Shown here piece after piece: positions 1 to 15,000 of a stretch of DNA of 64,000 nt (the stretch's first letter is position 1; each line of letters begins with the position of its first letter). The DNA is from Eukaryota sp. GEM-RC1. Taxonomy: Eukaryota. A program made the translations under genes and the position numbers. The notes beneath the pieces are model-generated. The model was given only the letters and a program-made list of their open reading frames with translations. It had not been told where the DNA came from and searched no databases. The stretch spans positions 2,666,001 to 2,730,000 of the forward strand of contig JAUFOQ010000004.1 of NCBI GenBank assembly GCA_040285855.1, written 5' to 3'.

Positions 1-3000
1 AAGTAAAATTATTAACATTCAATGAAAATGTATCTATAAACGAAACCGAATTACCACCAGAAGAATTCAGAACAAGAATTTCTGGAAAAGAAAAGTGTCC
101 CCCAGTAAGTGAAAATTCACCGTCAACAAGCATAATAGATGGAATTTCAATTAAAACAAGATGATTCAAATAATTAAGCTCTATTATGCCAGAATCTACT
201 TCAAAAGAAGTGTCAAGTTTAAAGTCAGTATCTGCGATGTTCAGAAATGCCGAATTAGAGAGATACACAAATGGAGTATCAATTATGGAGTTCTCTACAA
301 ATTTAAATTCTCCTTTGGAATGATTAAAATATTCAACTCCAATGAAAGTTCCCTTAATAGTTACAACAGGGTCAGAGTGTAACAATTCCAAATTATTGGG
401 ATGTAATACAAAAGTGGAATCATCGTGAAAGACATAGGAAGAACCACAAAAGTTAGCATGTCCAGACTCTAAAATTGATAAATTACCAGTAAAATCGTTT
501 GAATTAGTAAGAATCAATTGACCGTCAATGACAGATAGAAAACCAGTTAGATCTAGGTAATTTTCAACTTCAAGTGATCCTCCGTTGATAATATGGCTAG
601 TTCCAGAAATTTTAAAATTTGAATCAGAATCGTCCGAAAGTAGAATACAACCACTAATATCCAGATGACCAGAAACTTCTAAGCTTGAAGATTCCAATTC
701 AAAAACGAGTGTTGAAAAATCAGCAGTAAAATAAGAAGATCCAGAAAAGATTAAATCATGATTGTTGGAGATGGAAACCGTATTTGACACATCATTTTTC
801 ACATAGCAACGACCAACACAATTAGTAAACGCATCACCACTGAATTCAGAGTCAGAAATAGAAAGCCAATCAGCAGAAATGTTACCAGATCCCAGTCGTT
901 TTGAATCAATCAAAGTCAGATTATTGAAGAATATTTCAAAAGAACGTGACTCTAAAGTAGAACCCTGCAAAATGAAAACATCCAAAATGGCACTTTCAGA
1001 AGATTCTTGAAGATGAAAATCAAGATGACAATTAGCAGAAGTAAAATTATTAACATTCAATGAAAATGTATCTATAAACGAAACCGAATTACCACCAGAA
1101 GAATTCAGAACAAGAATTTCTGGAAAAGAAAAGTGTCCCCCAGTAAGTGAAAATTCACCGTCAACAAGCATAATAGATGGAATTTCAATTAAAACAAGAT
1201 GATTCAAATAATTAAGCTCTATTATGCCAGAATCTACTTCAAAAGAAGTGTCAAGTTTAAAGTCAGTATCTGCGATGTTCAGAAATGCCGAATTAGAGAG
1301 ATACACAAATGGAGTATCAATTATGGAGTTCTCTACAAATTTAAATTCTCCTTTGGAATGATTAAAATATTCAACTCCAATGAAAGTTCCCTTAATAGTT
1401 ACAACAGGGTCAGAGTGTAACAATTCCAAATTATTGGGATGTAATACAAAAGTGGAATCATCGTGAAAGACATAGGAAGAACCACAAAAGCTAGCATGTC
1501 CAGACTCTAAAATTGATAAATTACCAGTAAAATCGTTTGAATTAGTAAGAATCAATTGACCGTCAATGACAGATAGAAAACCAGTTAAATCTAGGTAATT
1601 TTCAACTTCAAGTGATCCTCCGTTGATAATATGGCTAGTTCCAGAAATTTTAAAATTTGAATCAGAATCGTCCGAAAGTAGAATACAACCACTAATATCC
1701 AGATGACCAAAAACTTCTAAGCTTGAAGACTCCAATTCAAAAACGAGTGTTGAAAAATCAGCAGTAAAATAAGAAGATCCAGAAAAGATTAAATCATGAT
1801 TGTTGGAGATGGAAACCGTATTTGACACATCATTTTTCACATAGCAACGACCAACACAATTAGTAAACGCATCACCACTAAATTCAGAGTCAGAAATGGA
1901 AAGCCAATCAGCAGAAATGTTACCAGATCCCAGTCGTTTTGAATCAATCAAAGTCAGATTATTGAAGAATATTTCAAAAGAACGCGACTCTAAAGTAGAT
2001 CCCTGTAAAACGAAAACATCCAAAATGGTACTTTCAGAAGATTCTTGAAGATGAAAATCAAGATGACAATTAGTAGAAGTAAAATTATTAACATTCAATG
2101 AAAATGTATCTATAAACGAAACCGAATTACCACCAGAAGAATTCAGAACAAGAATTTCTGGAAAGAAAAGTGTCCCCCAGTAAGTGAAAATTCACCGTCA
2201 ACAAGCATAATAGATGGAATTTCAATTAAAACAAGATGATTCAAATATTTAAGCTCTATTATGCCAGAATCTACTTCAAAAGTAGTGTCAAGTTTAAAGT
2301 CAGTATCTGAGATGTTCAGAAATGCCGAATTAGTGAGATAGACAAATGGAGTATCAAATATTGAGTTCTCTACAAATTTAAATTCTCCTTTGGAATGATT
2401 AAAATATTCAACCCCAATGAAACTTCCCTTAATAGTTACAACAGGGTCAGAGTGTAAGAATTCCAAATTATTGGGATGTAATGCAAAAGTGGAATCATCC
2501 TGAAAGACATAGGAAGAACCAGAAAAGTTAGCATGTCCAGACTCTAAAATTGATAAATTACCAGTAAAATCATTTGAATTAGTAAGAATCAATTGACCGT
2601 CAATGACAGATAGACAACCAGTTAAATCTAGGTAATTTTCAACTTCAAGTGATCCTCCGTTGATGATTTGGGTAGTCCCAGAAATTTTAAAATTTGAATC
2701 AGAATCGTCCGAAACTAGAATACAACCACTAATATCCAGATGACCAGAAACTTCTAAGCTTGAAGACTCCAATTCAAAAACGAGTGTTGAAAAATCAGCA
2801 GTAAAATAAGAAGATCCAGAAAAGATTAAATCATGATTGTTGGAGATGGAAACCGTATTTGATACATCATTTTTCACATAGCAACGACCAACACAATTAG
2901 TAAACGCATCACCACTAAATTCAGAGTCAGAAATGGAAAGCCAATCAGCAGAAATGTTACCAGATCCCAGTCGTTTTGAATCAATCAAAGTCAGATTATT

Positions 3001-6000
3001 GAAGAATATTTCAAAAGAACGCGACTCTAAAGTAGATCCCTGCAAAAAGAAAACATCCAAAATGGTACTTTCAGAAGATTCTTGAAGATTCAAATCAAGA
3101 TGGCAATTAGTAGAAGTAAAATTATAAACATTCAATGAAAATGTATCTGTAAACGAAACCGAATTACCACCAGAAGAATTCAGAACAAGAATTTCTGGAA
3201 AAGAGAAGTGTCCCCCAGTAAGTGAAAATTCACCGTCAACAAGCATAATAGATGGAATTTCAATTAAAACAAGATGATTCAAATATTGAAGCTCTATTAT
3301 GCCAGAATCTACTTCAAAAGTAGTGTCAAGTTTAAAGTCAGTATCTGAGATGTTCAGAAATGCCGAATTAGTGAGATAGACAAATGGAGTATCAAATATT
3401 GAGTTCTCTACAAATTTAAATTCTCCTTTGGAATGATTAAAATATTCAACCCCAATGAAACTTCCCTTAATAGTTACAACAGGGTCAGAGTGTAACAATT
3501 CCAAATTATTGGGATGTAATACAAAAGTGGAATCATTGTGAAAGACATAGGAAGAACCAGAAAAGTTAGCATGTCCAGACTCTAAAATTGATAAATTACC
3601 AGTAAAATCATTTGAATTAGTAAAAATCAATTGACCGTCAATGACAGATAGACAACCAGTTAAATCTAGGTAATTTTCAACTTCAAGTGATCCTCCGTTG
3701 ATGATTTGGGTAGTCCCAGAAATTTTAAAATTTGAATCAGAATCGTCCGAAACTAGAATACAACCACTAATATCCAGATGACCAGAAACTTCTAAGCTTG
3801 AAGACTCCAATTCAAAAACGAGTGTTGAAAAATCAGCAGTAAAATAAGAAGATCCAGAAAAGATTAAATCATGATTGTTGGAGATGAAAACCGTATTTGA
3901 TACATCATTTTCACATAGCAACGACCAACACAATTAGTAAACGCATCACCACTAAATTCAGAGTCAGAAATGGAAAGCCAATCAGCAAAAATGTTACCAG
4001 ATCCCAGTCGTTTTGAATCAATCAAAGTCAGATTATTGAAGAATATTTCAAAAGAACGCGACTCTAAAGTAGATCCCTGCAAAAGAAAACATCCAAAATG
4101 GTACTTTCAGAAGATTCTTGAAGATTCAAATCAAGATGGCAATTAGTAGAAGTAAAATTATTAACATTCATAGAAAATGTATCTATAAACGAAACCGAAT
4201 TACCACCAGAAGAATTCAGAACAAGAATTTCTGGAAAATAAAAGTGTCCCCCAGTAAGTGAAAATTCACAGTCAACAAGCATAATAGATGGAATTTCAAT
4301 TAAAACAAGATGATTCAAATAATTAAGTTCTATTATACCAGAATCTACTTCAAAACTAGTGTCAAGTTTAAAGTCAGTATCTGAGATGTTCAGAAATGCC
4401 GAATTAGAGAGATAAACAAATGGAGTATCAATTATTGAGTTCTCTACAAATTTAAATTCTCCTTTGGAATGATTAAAATATTCAACTCCAATGAAAGTTC
4501 CCTTAATAGTAACAACAGGGTCAGAGTGTAACAATTCCAAATTATTGGGATGTAATACAAAAGTGGAATCATCGTGAAAGACATAGGAAGAACCAGAAAA
4601 GTTAGCATGTCCAGACTCTAAAATTGATAAATTACCAGTAAAATCATTTGAATTAGTAAGGATCAATTGACCGTCAATGACAGATAGACAACCAGTTAAA
4701 TCTAGGTAAATTTCAACTTCAAGTGATCCTCCGTTGATGATTTGGGTAGTCCCAGAAATTTTAAAATTTGAATCAGAATCGTCCGAAACTAGAATACAAC
4801 CACTAATATCCAGATGACCAGAAACTTCTAAGCTTGAAGACTCCAATTCAAAAACGAGTGTTGAAAAATCAGCAGTAAAATAAGAAGATCCAGAAAAGAT
4901 TAAATCATGATTGATGGAGATGGAAACCGTATTTGATACATCATTTTTCACATAGCAACGATCAACACAATTAGTAAACGCATCACCACTAAATTCAGAG
5001 TCAGAAATGGAAAGCCAGTCAGCAGAAATGTTACCAGATCCCAGTCGTTTTGAATCAATCAAAGTCAGATTATTGAAGAATATTTCAAAAGAACGTGACT
5101 CTAAAGTAGATCCCTGCAAAACGAAAACATCCAAAATGGTACTTTCAGAAGATTCTTGAAGATGAAAATCAAGATGACAATTAGTAGAAGTAAAATTATT
5201 AACATTCAATGAAAACGTATCTATAAACGAAACCGAATTACCACCAGAAGAATTAAGAACAAGAATTTCTGGAAAATAAAAGTGTCCCCCAGTAAGTGAA
5301 AATTCACCGTCAACAAGCATAATAGATGGAATTTCAATTAAAACAAGATGATTCAAATAATTAAGCTCTATTATGCCAGAATCTACTTCAAAAGAAGTGT
5401 CAAGTTTAAAGTCAGTATCTGCGATGTTCAGAAATGCCGAATTAGAGAGATACACAAATGGAGTATCAATTATTGAGTTCTCTACAAATTTAAATTCTCC
5501 TTTGGAATGATTAAAATATTCAACTCCAATGAAAGTTCCCTTAATAGTTACAACAGGGTCAGAGTGTAAGAATTCCAAATTATTGGGATGTAATGCAAAA
5601 GTGGAATCATCCTGAAAGACATAGGAAGAACCAGAAAAGTTAGCATGTCCAGACTCTAAAATTGATAAATTACCAGTAAAATCATTTGAATTAGTAAGGA
5701 TCAATTGACCGTCAATGACAGATAGACAACCAGTTAAATCTAGGTAATTTTCAACTTCAAGTGATCCTCCGTTGATGATTTGGGTAGTCCCAGAAATTTT
5801 AAAATTTGAATCAGAATCGTCCGAAACTAGAATACAACCACTAATATCCAGATGACCAGAAACTTCTAAGCTTGAAGACTCCAATTCAAAAACGAGTGTT
5901 GAAAAATCAGCAGTAAAATAAGAAGATCCAGAAAAGATTAAATCATGATTGTTGGAGATGGAAACCGTATTTGATACATCATTTTCACATAGCAACGACC

Positions 6001-9000
6001 AACACAATTAGTAAACGCATCACCACTAAATTCAGAGTCAGAAATGGAAAGCCAGTCAGCAGAAATGTTACCAGATCCCAGTCGTTTTGAATCAATCAAA
6101 GTCAGATTATTGAAGAATATTTCAAAAGAACGTGACTCTAAAGTAGATCCCTGTAAAACGAAAACATCCAAAATGGTACTTTCAGAAGATTCTTGAAGAT
6201 GAAAATCAAGATGACAATTAGTAGAAGTAAAATTATTAACATTCAATGAAAACGTATCTATAAACGAAACCGAATTACCACCAGAAGAATTAAGAACAAG
6301 AATTTCTGGAAAATAAAAGTGTCCCCCAGTAAGTGAAAATTCACCGTCAACAAGCATAATAGATGGAATTTCAATTAAAACAAGATGATTCAAATAATTA
6401 AGCTCTATTATACCAGAATCTACTTCAAAACTAGTGTCAAGTTTAAAGTCAGTATCTGAGATGTTCAGAAATGCCGAATTAGAGAGATAAACAAATGGAG
6501 TATCAATTATTGAGTTCTCTACAAATTTAAATTCTCCTTTGGAATGATTAAAATATTCAACTCCAATGAAAGTTCCCTTAATAGTAACAACAGGGTCAGA
6601 GTGTAACAATTCCAAATTATTGGGATGTAATACAAAAGTGGAATCATCGTGAAAGACATAGGAAGAACCAGAAAAGTTAGCATGTCCAGACTCTAAAATT
6701 GATAAATTACCAGTAAAATCATTTGAATTAGTAAGGATCAATTGACCGTCAATGACAGATAGACAACCAGTTAAATCTAGGTAATTTTCAACTTCAAGTG
6801 ATCCTCCGTTGATGATTTGGGTAGTCCCAGAAATTTTAAAATTTGAATCAGAATCGTCCGAAACTAGAATACAACCACTAATATCCAGATGACCAGAAAC
6901 TTCTAAGCTTGAAGACTCCAATTCAAAAACGAGTGTTGAAAAATCAGCAGTAAAATAAGAAGATCCAGAAAAGATTAAATCATGATTGTTGGAGATGGAA
7001 ACCGTATTTGATACATCATTTTTCACATAGCAACGACCAACACAATTAGTAAACGCATCACCACTAAATTCAGAGTCAGAAATGGAAAGCCAGTCAGCAG
7101 AAATGTTACCAGATCCCAGTCGTTTTGAATCAATCAAAGTCAGATTATTGAAGAATATTTCAAAAGAACGTGACTCTAAAGTAGATCCCTGTAAAACGAA
7201 AACATCCAAAATGGTACTTTCAGAAGATTCTTGAAGATGAAAATCAAGATGACAATTAGTAGAAGTAAAATTATTAACATTCAATGAAAACGTATCTATA
7301 AACGAAACCGAATTACCACCAGAAGAATTAAGAACAAGAATTTCTGGAAAATAAAAGTGTCCCCCAGTAAGTGAAAATTCACCGTCAACAAGCATAATAG
7401 ATGGAATTTCAATTAAAACAAGATGATTCAAATAATTAAGTTCTATTATACCAGAATCTACTTCCAAAACTAGTGTCAAGTTTAAAGTCAGTATCTGAGA
7501 TGTTCAGAAATGCCGAATTAGAGAGATAAACAAATGGAGTATCAATTATTGAGTTCTCTACAAATTTAAATTCTCCTTTGGAATGATTAAAATATTCAAC
7601 TCCAATGAAAGTTCCCTTAATAGTAACAACAGGGTCAGAGTGTAACAATTCCAAATTATTGGGATGTAATACAAAAGTGGAATCATCGTGAAAGACATAG
7701 GAAGAACCAGAAAAGTTAGTATGTCCAGACTCTAAAATTGATAAATTACCAGTAAAATCATTTGAATTAGTAAGGATCAATTGACCGTCAATGACAGATA
7801 GACAACCAGTTAAATCTAGGTAATTTTCAACTTCAAGTGATCCTCCGTTGATGATTTGGGTAGTCCCAGAAATTTTAAAATTTGAATCAGAATCGTCCGA
7901 AACTAGAATACAACCACTAATATCCAGATGACCAGAAACTTCTAAGCTTGAAGACTCCAATTCAAAAACGAGTGTTGAAAAATCAGCAGTAAAATAAGAA
8001 GATCCAGAAAAGATTAAATCATGATTGTTGGAGATGGAAACCGTATTTGATACATCATTTTCACATAGCAACGACCAACACAATTAGTAAATGCATCACC
8101 ACTAAATTCAGAGTCAGAAACGGAAAGCCAATCAGCAGAAATGTTACCAGATCCCAGTCGTTTTGAATCAATCAAAGTTAGATTATTGAAGAATATTTCA
8201 AAAGAACGCGACTCTAAAGTAGATCCCTGCAAAAGAAAACATCCAAAATGGTACTTTCAGAAGATTCTTGAAGATTCAAATCAAGATGGCAATTAGTAGA
8301 AGTAAAATTATAAACATTCAATGAAAATGTATCTATAAACGAAACCGAATTACCACCAGAAGAATTCAGAACAATAATTTCTGGAAAATAAAAGTGTCCC
8401 CCAGTAAGTGAAAATTCACCGTCAACAAGCATAATAGATGGAATTTCAATTAAAACAAGATGATTCAAATAATTAAGCTCTATTATGCCAGAATCTACTT
8501 CAAAAGAAGTGTCAAGTTTAAAGTCAGTATCTGCGATGTTCAGAAATGCCGAATTAGAGAGATAAACAAATGGAGTATCAATTATGGAGTTCTCTACAAA
8601 TTTAAATTCTCCTTTGGAATGATTAAAATATTCAACTCCAATGAAAGTTCCCATAATAGTTACAACAGGGTCAGAGTGTAACAATTCCAAATTATTGGGA
8701 TGTAATAGAAAAGTGGAATCATCGTGAAAGACATAGGAAGAACCAGAAAAGTTAGCATGTCCAGACTCTAAAATTGATAAATTACCAGTAAAATCATTTG
8801 AATTAGTAAGGATCAATTGACCGTCAATGACAGATAGACAACCAGTTAAATCTAGGTAATTTTCAACTTCAAGTGATCCTCCGTTGATGATTTGGGTAGT
8901 CCCAGAAATTTTAAAATTTGAATCAGAATCGTCCGAAACTAGAATACAACCACTAATATCCAGATGACCAGAAACTTCTAAGCTTGAAGACTCCAATTCA

Positions 9001-12000
9001 AAAACGAGTGTTGAAAAATCAGCAGTAAAATAAGAAGATCCAGAAAAGATTAAATCATGATTGTTGGAGATGGAAACCGTATTTGATACATCATTTTCAC
9101 ATAGCAACGACCAACACAATTAGTAAACGCATCACCACTAAATTCAGAGTCAGAAATGGAAAGCCAATCAGCAGAAATGTTACCAGATCCCAGTCGTTTT
9201 GAATCAATCAAAGTCAGATTATTGAAGAATATTTCAAAAGAACGCGACTCTAAAGTAGATCCCTGCAAAAGAAAACATCCAAAATGGTACTTTCAGAAGA
9301 TTCTTGAAGATTCAAATCAAGATGGCAATTAGTAGAAGTAAAATTATAAACATTCAATGAAAATGTATCTGTAAACGAAACCGAATTACCACCAGAAGAA
9401 TTCAGAACAAGAATTTCTGGAAAAGAGAAGTGTCCCCAGTAAGTGAAAATTCACCGTCAACAAGCATAATAGATGGAATTTCAATTAAAACAAGATGATT
9501 CAAATAATTAAGCTCTATTATGCCAGAATCTACTTCAAAAGTAGTGTCAAGTTTAAAGTCAGTATCTGCGATGTTCAGAAATGCCGAATTAGAGAGATAC
9601 ACAAATGGAGTATCAATTATTGAGTTCTCTACAAATTTAAATTCTCCTTTGGAATGATTAAAATATTCAACTCCAATGAAAGTTCCCTTAATAGTTACAA
9701 CAGGGTCAGAGTGTAACAATTCCAAATTATTGGGATGTAATACAAAAGTGGAATCATCGTGAAAGACATAGGAAGAACCAGAAAAGTTAGCATGTCCAGA
9801 CTCTAAAATTGATAAATTACCAGTAAAATCATTTGAATTAGTAAGGATCAATTGACCGTCAATGACAGATAGACAACCAGTTAAATCTAGGTAATTTTCA
9901 ACTTCAAGTGATCCTCCGTTGATGATTTGGGTAGTTCCAGAAATTTTAAAAATGGAATCAGAATCGTCCGAAACTAGAATACAACCACTAATATCCAGAT
10001 GACCAGAAACTTCTAAGCTTGAAGACTCCAATTCAAAAACGAGTGTTGAAAAATCAGCAGTAAAATAAGAAGATCCAGAAAAGATTAAATCATGATTGTT
10101 GGAGATGGAAACCGTATTTGATACATCATTTTCACATAGCAACGACCAACACAATTAGTAAACGCATCACCACTAAATTCAGAGTCAGAAACGGAAAGCC
10201 AATCAGCAGAAATGTTACCAGATCCCAGTCGTTTTGAATCAATCAAAGTTAGATTATTGAAGAATATTTCAAAAGAACGCGACTCTAAAGTAGATCCCTG
10301 CAAAAGAAAACATCCAAAATGGTACTTTCAGAAGATTCTTGAAGATTCAAATCAAGATGGCAATTAGTAGAAGTAAAATTATAAACATTCAATGAAAATG
10401 TATCTATAAACGAAACCGAATTACCACCAGAAGAATTCAGAACAATAATTTCTGGAAAATAAAAGTGTCCCCCAGTAAGTGAAAATTCACCGTCAACAAG
10501 CATAATAGATGGAATTTCAATTAAAACAAGATGATTCAAATAATTAAGCTCTATTATGCCAGAATCTACTTCCAAAAGAAGTGTCAAGTTTAAAGTCAGT
10601 ATCTGCGATGTTCAGAAATGCCGAATTAGAGAGATAAACAAATGGAGTATCAATTATGGAGTTCTCTACAAATTTAAATTCTCCTTTGGAATGATTAAAA
10701 TATTCAACTCCAATGAAAGTTCCCATAATAGTTACAACAGGGTCAGAGTGTAACAATTCCAAATTATTGGGATGTAATAGAAAAGTGGAATCATCGTGAA
10801 AGACATAGGAAGAACCAGAAAAGTTAGCATGTCCAGACTCTAAAATTGATAAATTACCAGTAAAATCATTTGAATTAGTAAGGATCAATTGACCGTCAAT
10901 GACAGATAGACAACCAGTTAAATCTAGGTAATTTTCAACTTCAAGTGATCCTCCGTTGATGATTTGGGTAGTCCCAGAAATTTTAAAATTTGAATCAGAA
11001 TCGTCCAAAACTAGAATACAACCACTAATATCCAGATGACCAGAAACTTCTAAGCTTGAAGACTCCAATTCAAAAACGAGTGTTGAAAAATCAGCAGTAA
11101 AATAAGAAGATCCAGAAAAGATTAAATCATGATTGTTGGAGATGGAAACCGTATTTGATACATCATTTTTCACATAGCAACGACCAACACAATTAGTAAA
11201 CGCATCACCACTAAATTCAGAGTCAGAAACGGAAAGCCAATCAGCAGAAATGTTACCAGATCCCAGTCGTTTTGAATCAATCAAAGTTAGATTATTGAAG
11301 AATATTTCAAAAGAACGCGACTCTAAAGTAGATCCCTGCAAAAGAAAACATCCAAAATGGTACTTTCAGAAGATTCTTGAAGATTCAAATCAAGATGGCA
11401 ATTAGTAGAAGTAAAATTATAAACATTCAATGAAAATGTATCTATAAACGAAACCGAATTACCACCAGAAGAATTCAGAACAATAATTTCTGGAAAATAA
11501 AAGTGTCCCCCAGTAAGTGAAAATTCACCGTCAACAAGCATAATAGATGGAATTTCAATTAAAACAAGATGATTCAAATAATTAAGCTCTATTATGCCAG
11601 AATCTACTTCAAAAGAAGTGTCAAGTTTAAAGTCAGTATCTGCGATGTTCAGAAATGCCGAATTAGAGAGATAAACAAATGGAGTATCAATTATGGAGTT
11701 CTCTACAAATTTAAATTCTCCTTTGGAATGATTAAAATATTCAACTCCAATGAAAGTTCCCATAATAGTTACAACAGGGTCAGAGTGTAACAATTCCAAA
11801 TTATTGGGATGTAATAGAAAAGTGGAATCATCGTGAAAGACATAGGAAGAACCAGAAAAGTTAGCATGTCCAGACTCTAAAATTGATAAATTACCAGTAA
11901 AATCATTTGAATTAGTAAGGATCAATTGACCGTCAATGACAGATAGACAACCAGTTAAATCTAGGTAATTTTCAACTTCAAGTGATCCTCCGTTGATGAT

Positions 12001-15000
12001 TTGGGTAGTCCCAGAAATTTTAAAATTTGAATCAGAATCGTCCAAAACTAGAATACAACCACTAATATCCAGATGACCAGAAACTTCTAAGCTTGAAGAT
12101 TCCAATTCAAAAACGAGTGTTGAAAAATCAGCAGTAAAATAAGAAGATCCAGAAAAGATTAAATCATGATTGATGGAGATGGAAACCGTATTTGATACAT
12201 CATTTTTCACATAGCAACGATCAACACAATTAGTAAACGCATCACCACTAAAATCAGAGTCAGAAATAGAAAGCCAATCAGCAGAAATGTTACCAGATCC
12301 CAGTCGTTTTGAATCAATCAAAGTCAGATTATTGAAGAATATTTCAAAAGAACGTGACTCTAAAGTAGAACCCTGCAAAATGAAAACATCCAAAATGGCA
12401 CTTTCAGAAGATTCTTGAAGATGAAAATCAAGATGACAATTAGCAGAAGTAAAATTATTAACATTCAATGAAAATGTATCTATAAACGAAACCGAATTAC
12501 CACCAGAAGAATTCAGAACAAGAATTTCTGGAAAATAAAAGTGTCCCCCAGTAAGTGAAAATTCACCGTCGACAAGCATAATAGATGGAATTTCAATTAA
12601 AACAAGATGATTCAAATAATTAAGCTCTATTATGCCAGAATCTACTTCCAAAAGAAGTGTCAAGTTTAAAGTCAGTATCTGCGATGTTCAGAAATGCCGA
12701 ATTAGAGAGATACACAAATGGAGTATCAATTATGGAGTTCTCTACAAATTTAAATTCTCCTTTGGAATGATTAAAATATTCAACTCCAATGAAAGTTCCC
12801 TTAATAGTAACAACAGGGTCAGAGTGTAACAATTCTAAATTATTGGGATGTAATACAAAAGTGGAATCATCGTGAAAGACATAGGAAGAACCAGAAAAGT
12901 TAGCATGTCCAGACTCTAAAATTGATAAATTACCAGTAAAATCATTTGAATTAGTAAGGATCAATTGACCGTCAATGACAGATAGACAACCAGTTAAATC
13001 TAGGTAATTTTCAACTTCAAGTGATCCTCCGTTGATGATTTGGGTAGTCCCAGAAATTTTAAAATTTGAATCAGAATCGTCCGAAACTAGAATACAACCA
13101 CTAATATCCAGATGTCCAGAAACTTCTAAGCTTGAAGACTCCAATTCAAAACGAGTGTGGAAAAATCAGCAGTAAAATAAGAAGATCCAGAAAAGATTAA
13201 ATCATGATTGTTGGAGATGGAAACCGTATTTGATACATCATTTTCACATAGCAACGACCAACACAATTAGTAAATGCATCACCACTAAATTCAGAGTCAG
13301 AAATGGAAAGCCACTCAGCAGAAATGTTACCAGATCCCAGTCGTTTTGAATCAATCAAAGTCAGATTATTGAAGAATATTTCAAAAGAACGTGACTCTAA
13401 AGTAGAACCCTGCAAAATGAAAACATCCAAAATGGCACTTTCAGAAGATTCTTGAAGATGAAAATCAAGATGACAATTAGCAGAAGTAAAATTATTAACA
13501 TTCAATGAAAATGTATCTATAAACGAAACCGAATTACCACCAGAAGAATTCAGAACAAGAATTTCTGGAAAGAAAAGTGTCCCCCAGTAAGTGAAAATTC
13601 ACCGTCAACAAGCATAATAGATGGAATTTCAATTAAAACAAGATGATTCAAATAATTAAGCTCTATTATGCCAGAATCTACTTCAAAACTAGTGTCAAGT
13701 TTAAAGTCAGTATCTGAGATGTTCAGAAATGCCGAATTAGAGAGATACACAAATGGAGTATCAATTATTGAGTTCTCTACAAATTTAAATTCTCCTTTGG
13801 AATGATTAAAATATTCAACTCCAATGAAAGTTCCCTTAATAGTTACAACAGGGTCAGAGTGTAACAATTCCAAATTATTGGGATGTAATACAAAAGTGGA
13901 ATCATCGTGAAAGACATAGGAAGAACCACAAAAGTTAGCATGTCCAGACTCTAAAATTGATAAATTACCCGTAAAATCGTTTGAATTAGTAAGAATCAAT
14001 TGACCGTCAATGACAGATAGACAACCAGTTAGATCTAGGTAATTTTCAACTTCAAGTGATCCTCCGTTGATGATTTGGGTAGTTCCAGAAATTTTAAAAA
14101 TGGAATCAGAATCGTCCGAAACTAGAATACAACCACTAATATCCAGATGTCCAGAAACTTCTAAGCTTGAAGACTCCAATTCAAAAACGAGTGTGGAAAA
14201 ATCAGCAGTAAAATAAGAAGATCCAGAAAAGATTAAATCATGATTGTTGGAGATGGAAACCGTATTTGATACATCATTTTTCACATAGCAACGACCAACA
14301 CAATTAGTAAATGCATCACCACTAAATTCAGAGTCAGAAATGGAAAGCCACTCAGCAGAAATGTTACCAGATCCCAGTCGTTTTGAATCAATCAAAGTCA
14401 GATTATTGAAGAATATTTCAAAAGAACGTGACTCTAAAGTAGATCCCTGTAAAACGAAAACATCCAAAATGGTACTTTCAGAAGATTCTTGAAGATGAAA
14501 ATCAAGATGACAATTAGTAGAAGTAAAATTATTAACATTCAATGAAAACGTATCTATAAACGAAACCGAATTACCACCAGAAGAATTAAGAACAAGAATT
14601 TCTGGAAAAGAGAAGTGTCCCCCAGTAAGTGAAAATTCACCGTCAACAAGCATAATAGATGGAATTTCAATTAAAACAAGATGATTCAAATAATTAAGCT
14701 CTATTATGCCAGAATCTACTTCAAAAGAAGTGTCAAGTTTAAAGTCAGTATCTGCGATGTTCAGAAATGCCGAATTAGAGAGATAAACAAATGGAGTATC
14801 AATTATTGAGTTCTCTACAAATTTAAATTCTCCTTTGGAATGATTAAAATATTCAACTCCAATGAAAGTTCCCTTAATAGTAACAACAGGGTCAGAGTGT
14901 AACAATTCCAAATTATTGGGATGTAATACAAAAGTGGAATCATCGTGAAAGACATAGGAAGAACCAGAAAAGTTAGCATGTCCAGACTCTAAAATTGATA

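Noticed and set aside
161..12829. Repeated 65-73 aa plus-strand ORFs (MIQIIKLYY...)
   Set aside because: Antisense shadows of the minus-strand repeat gene; open only in units with particular SNPs.
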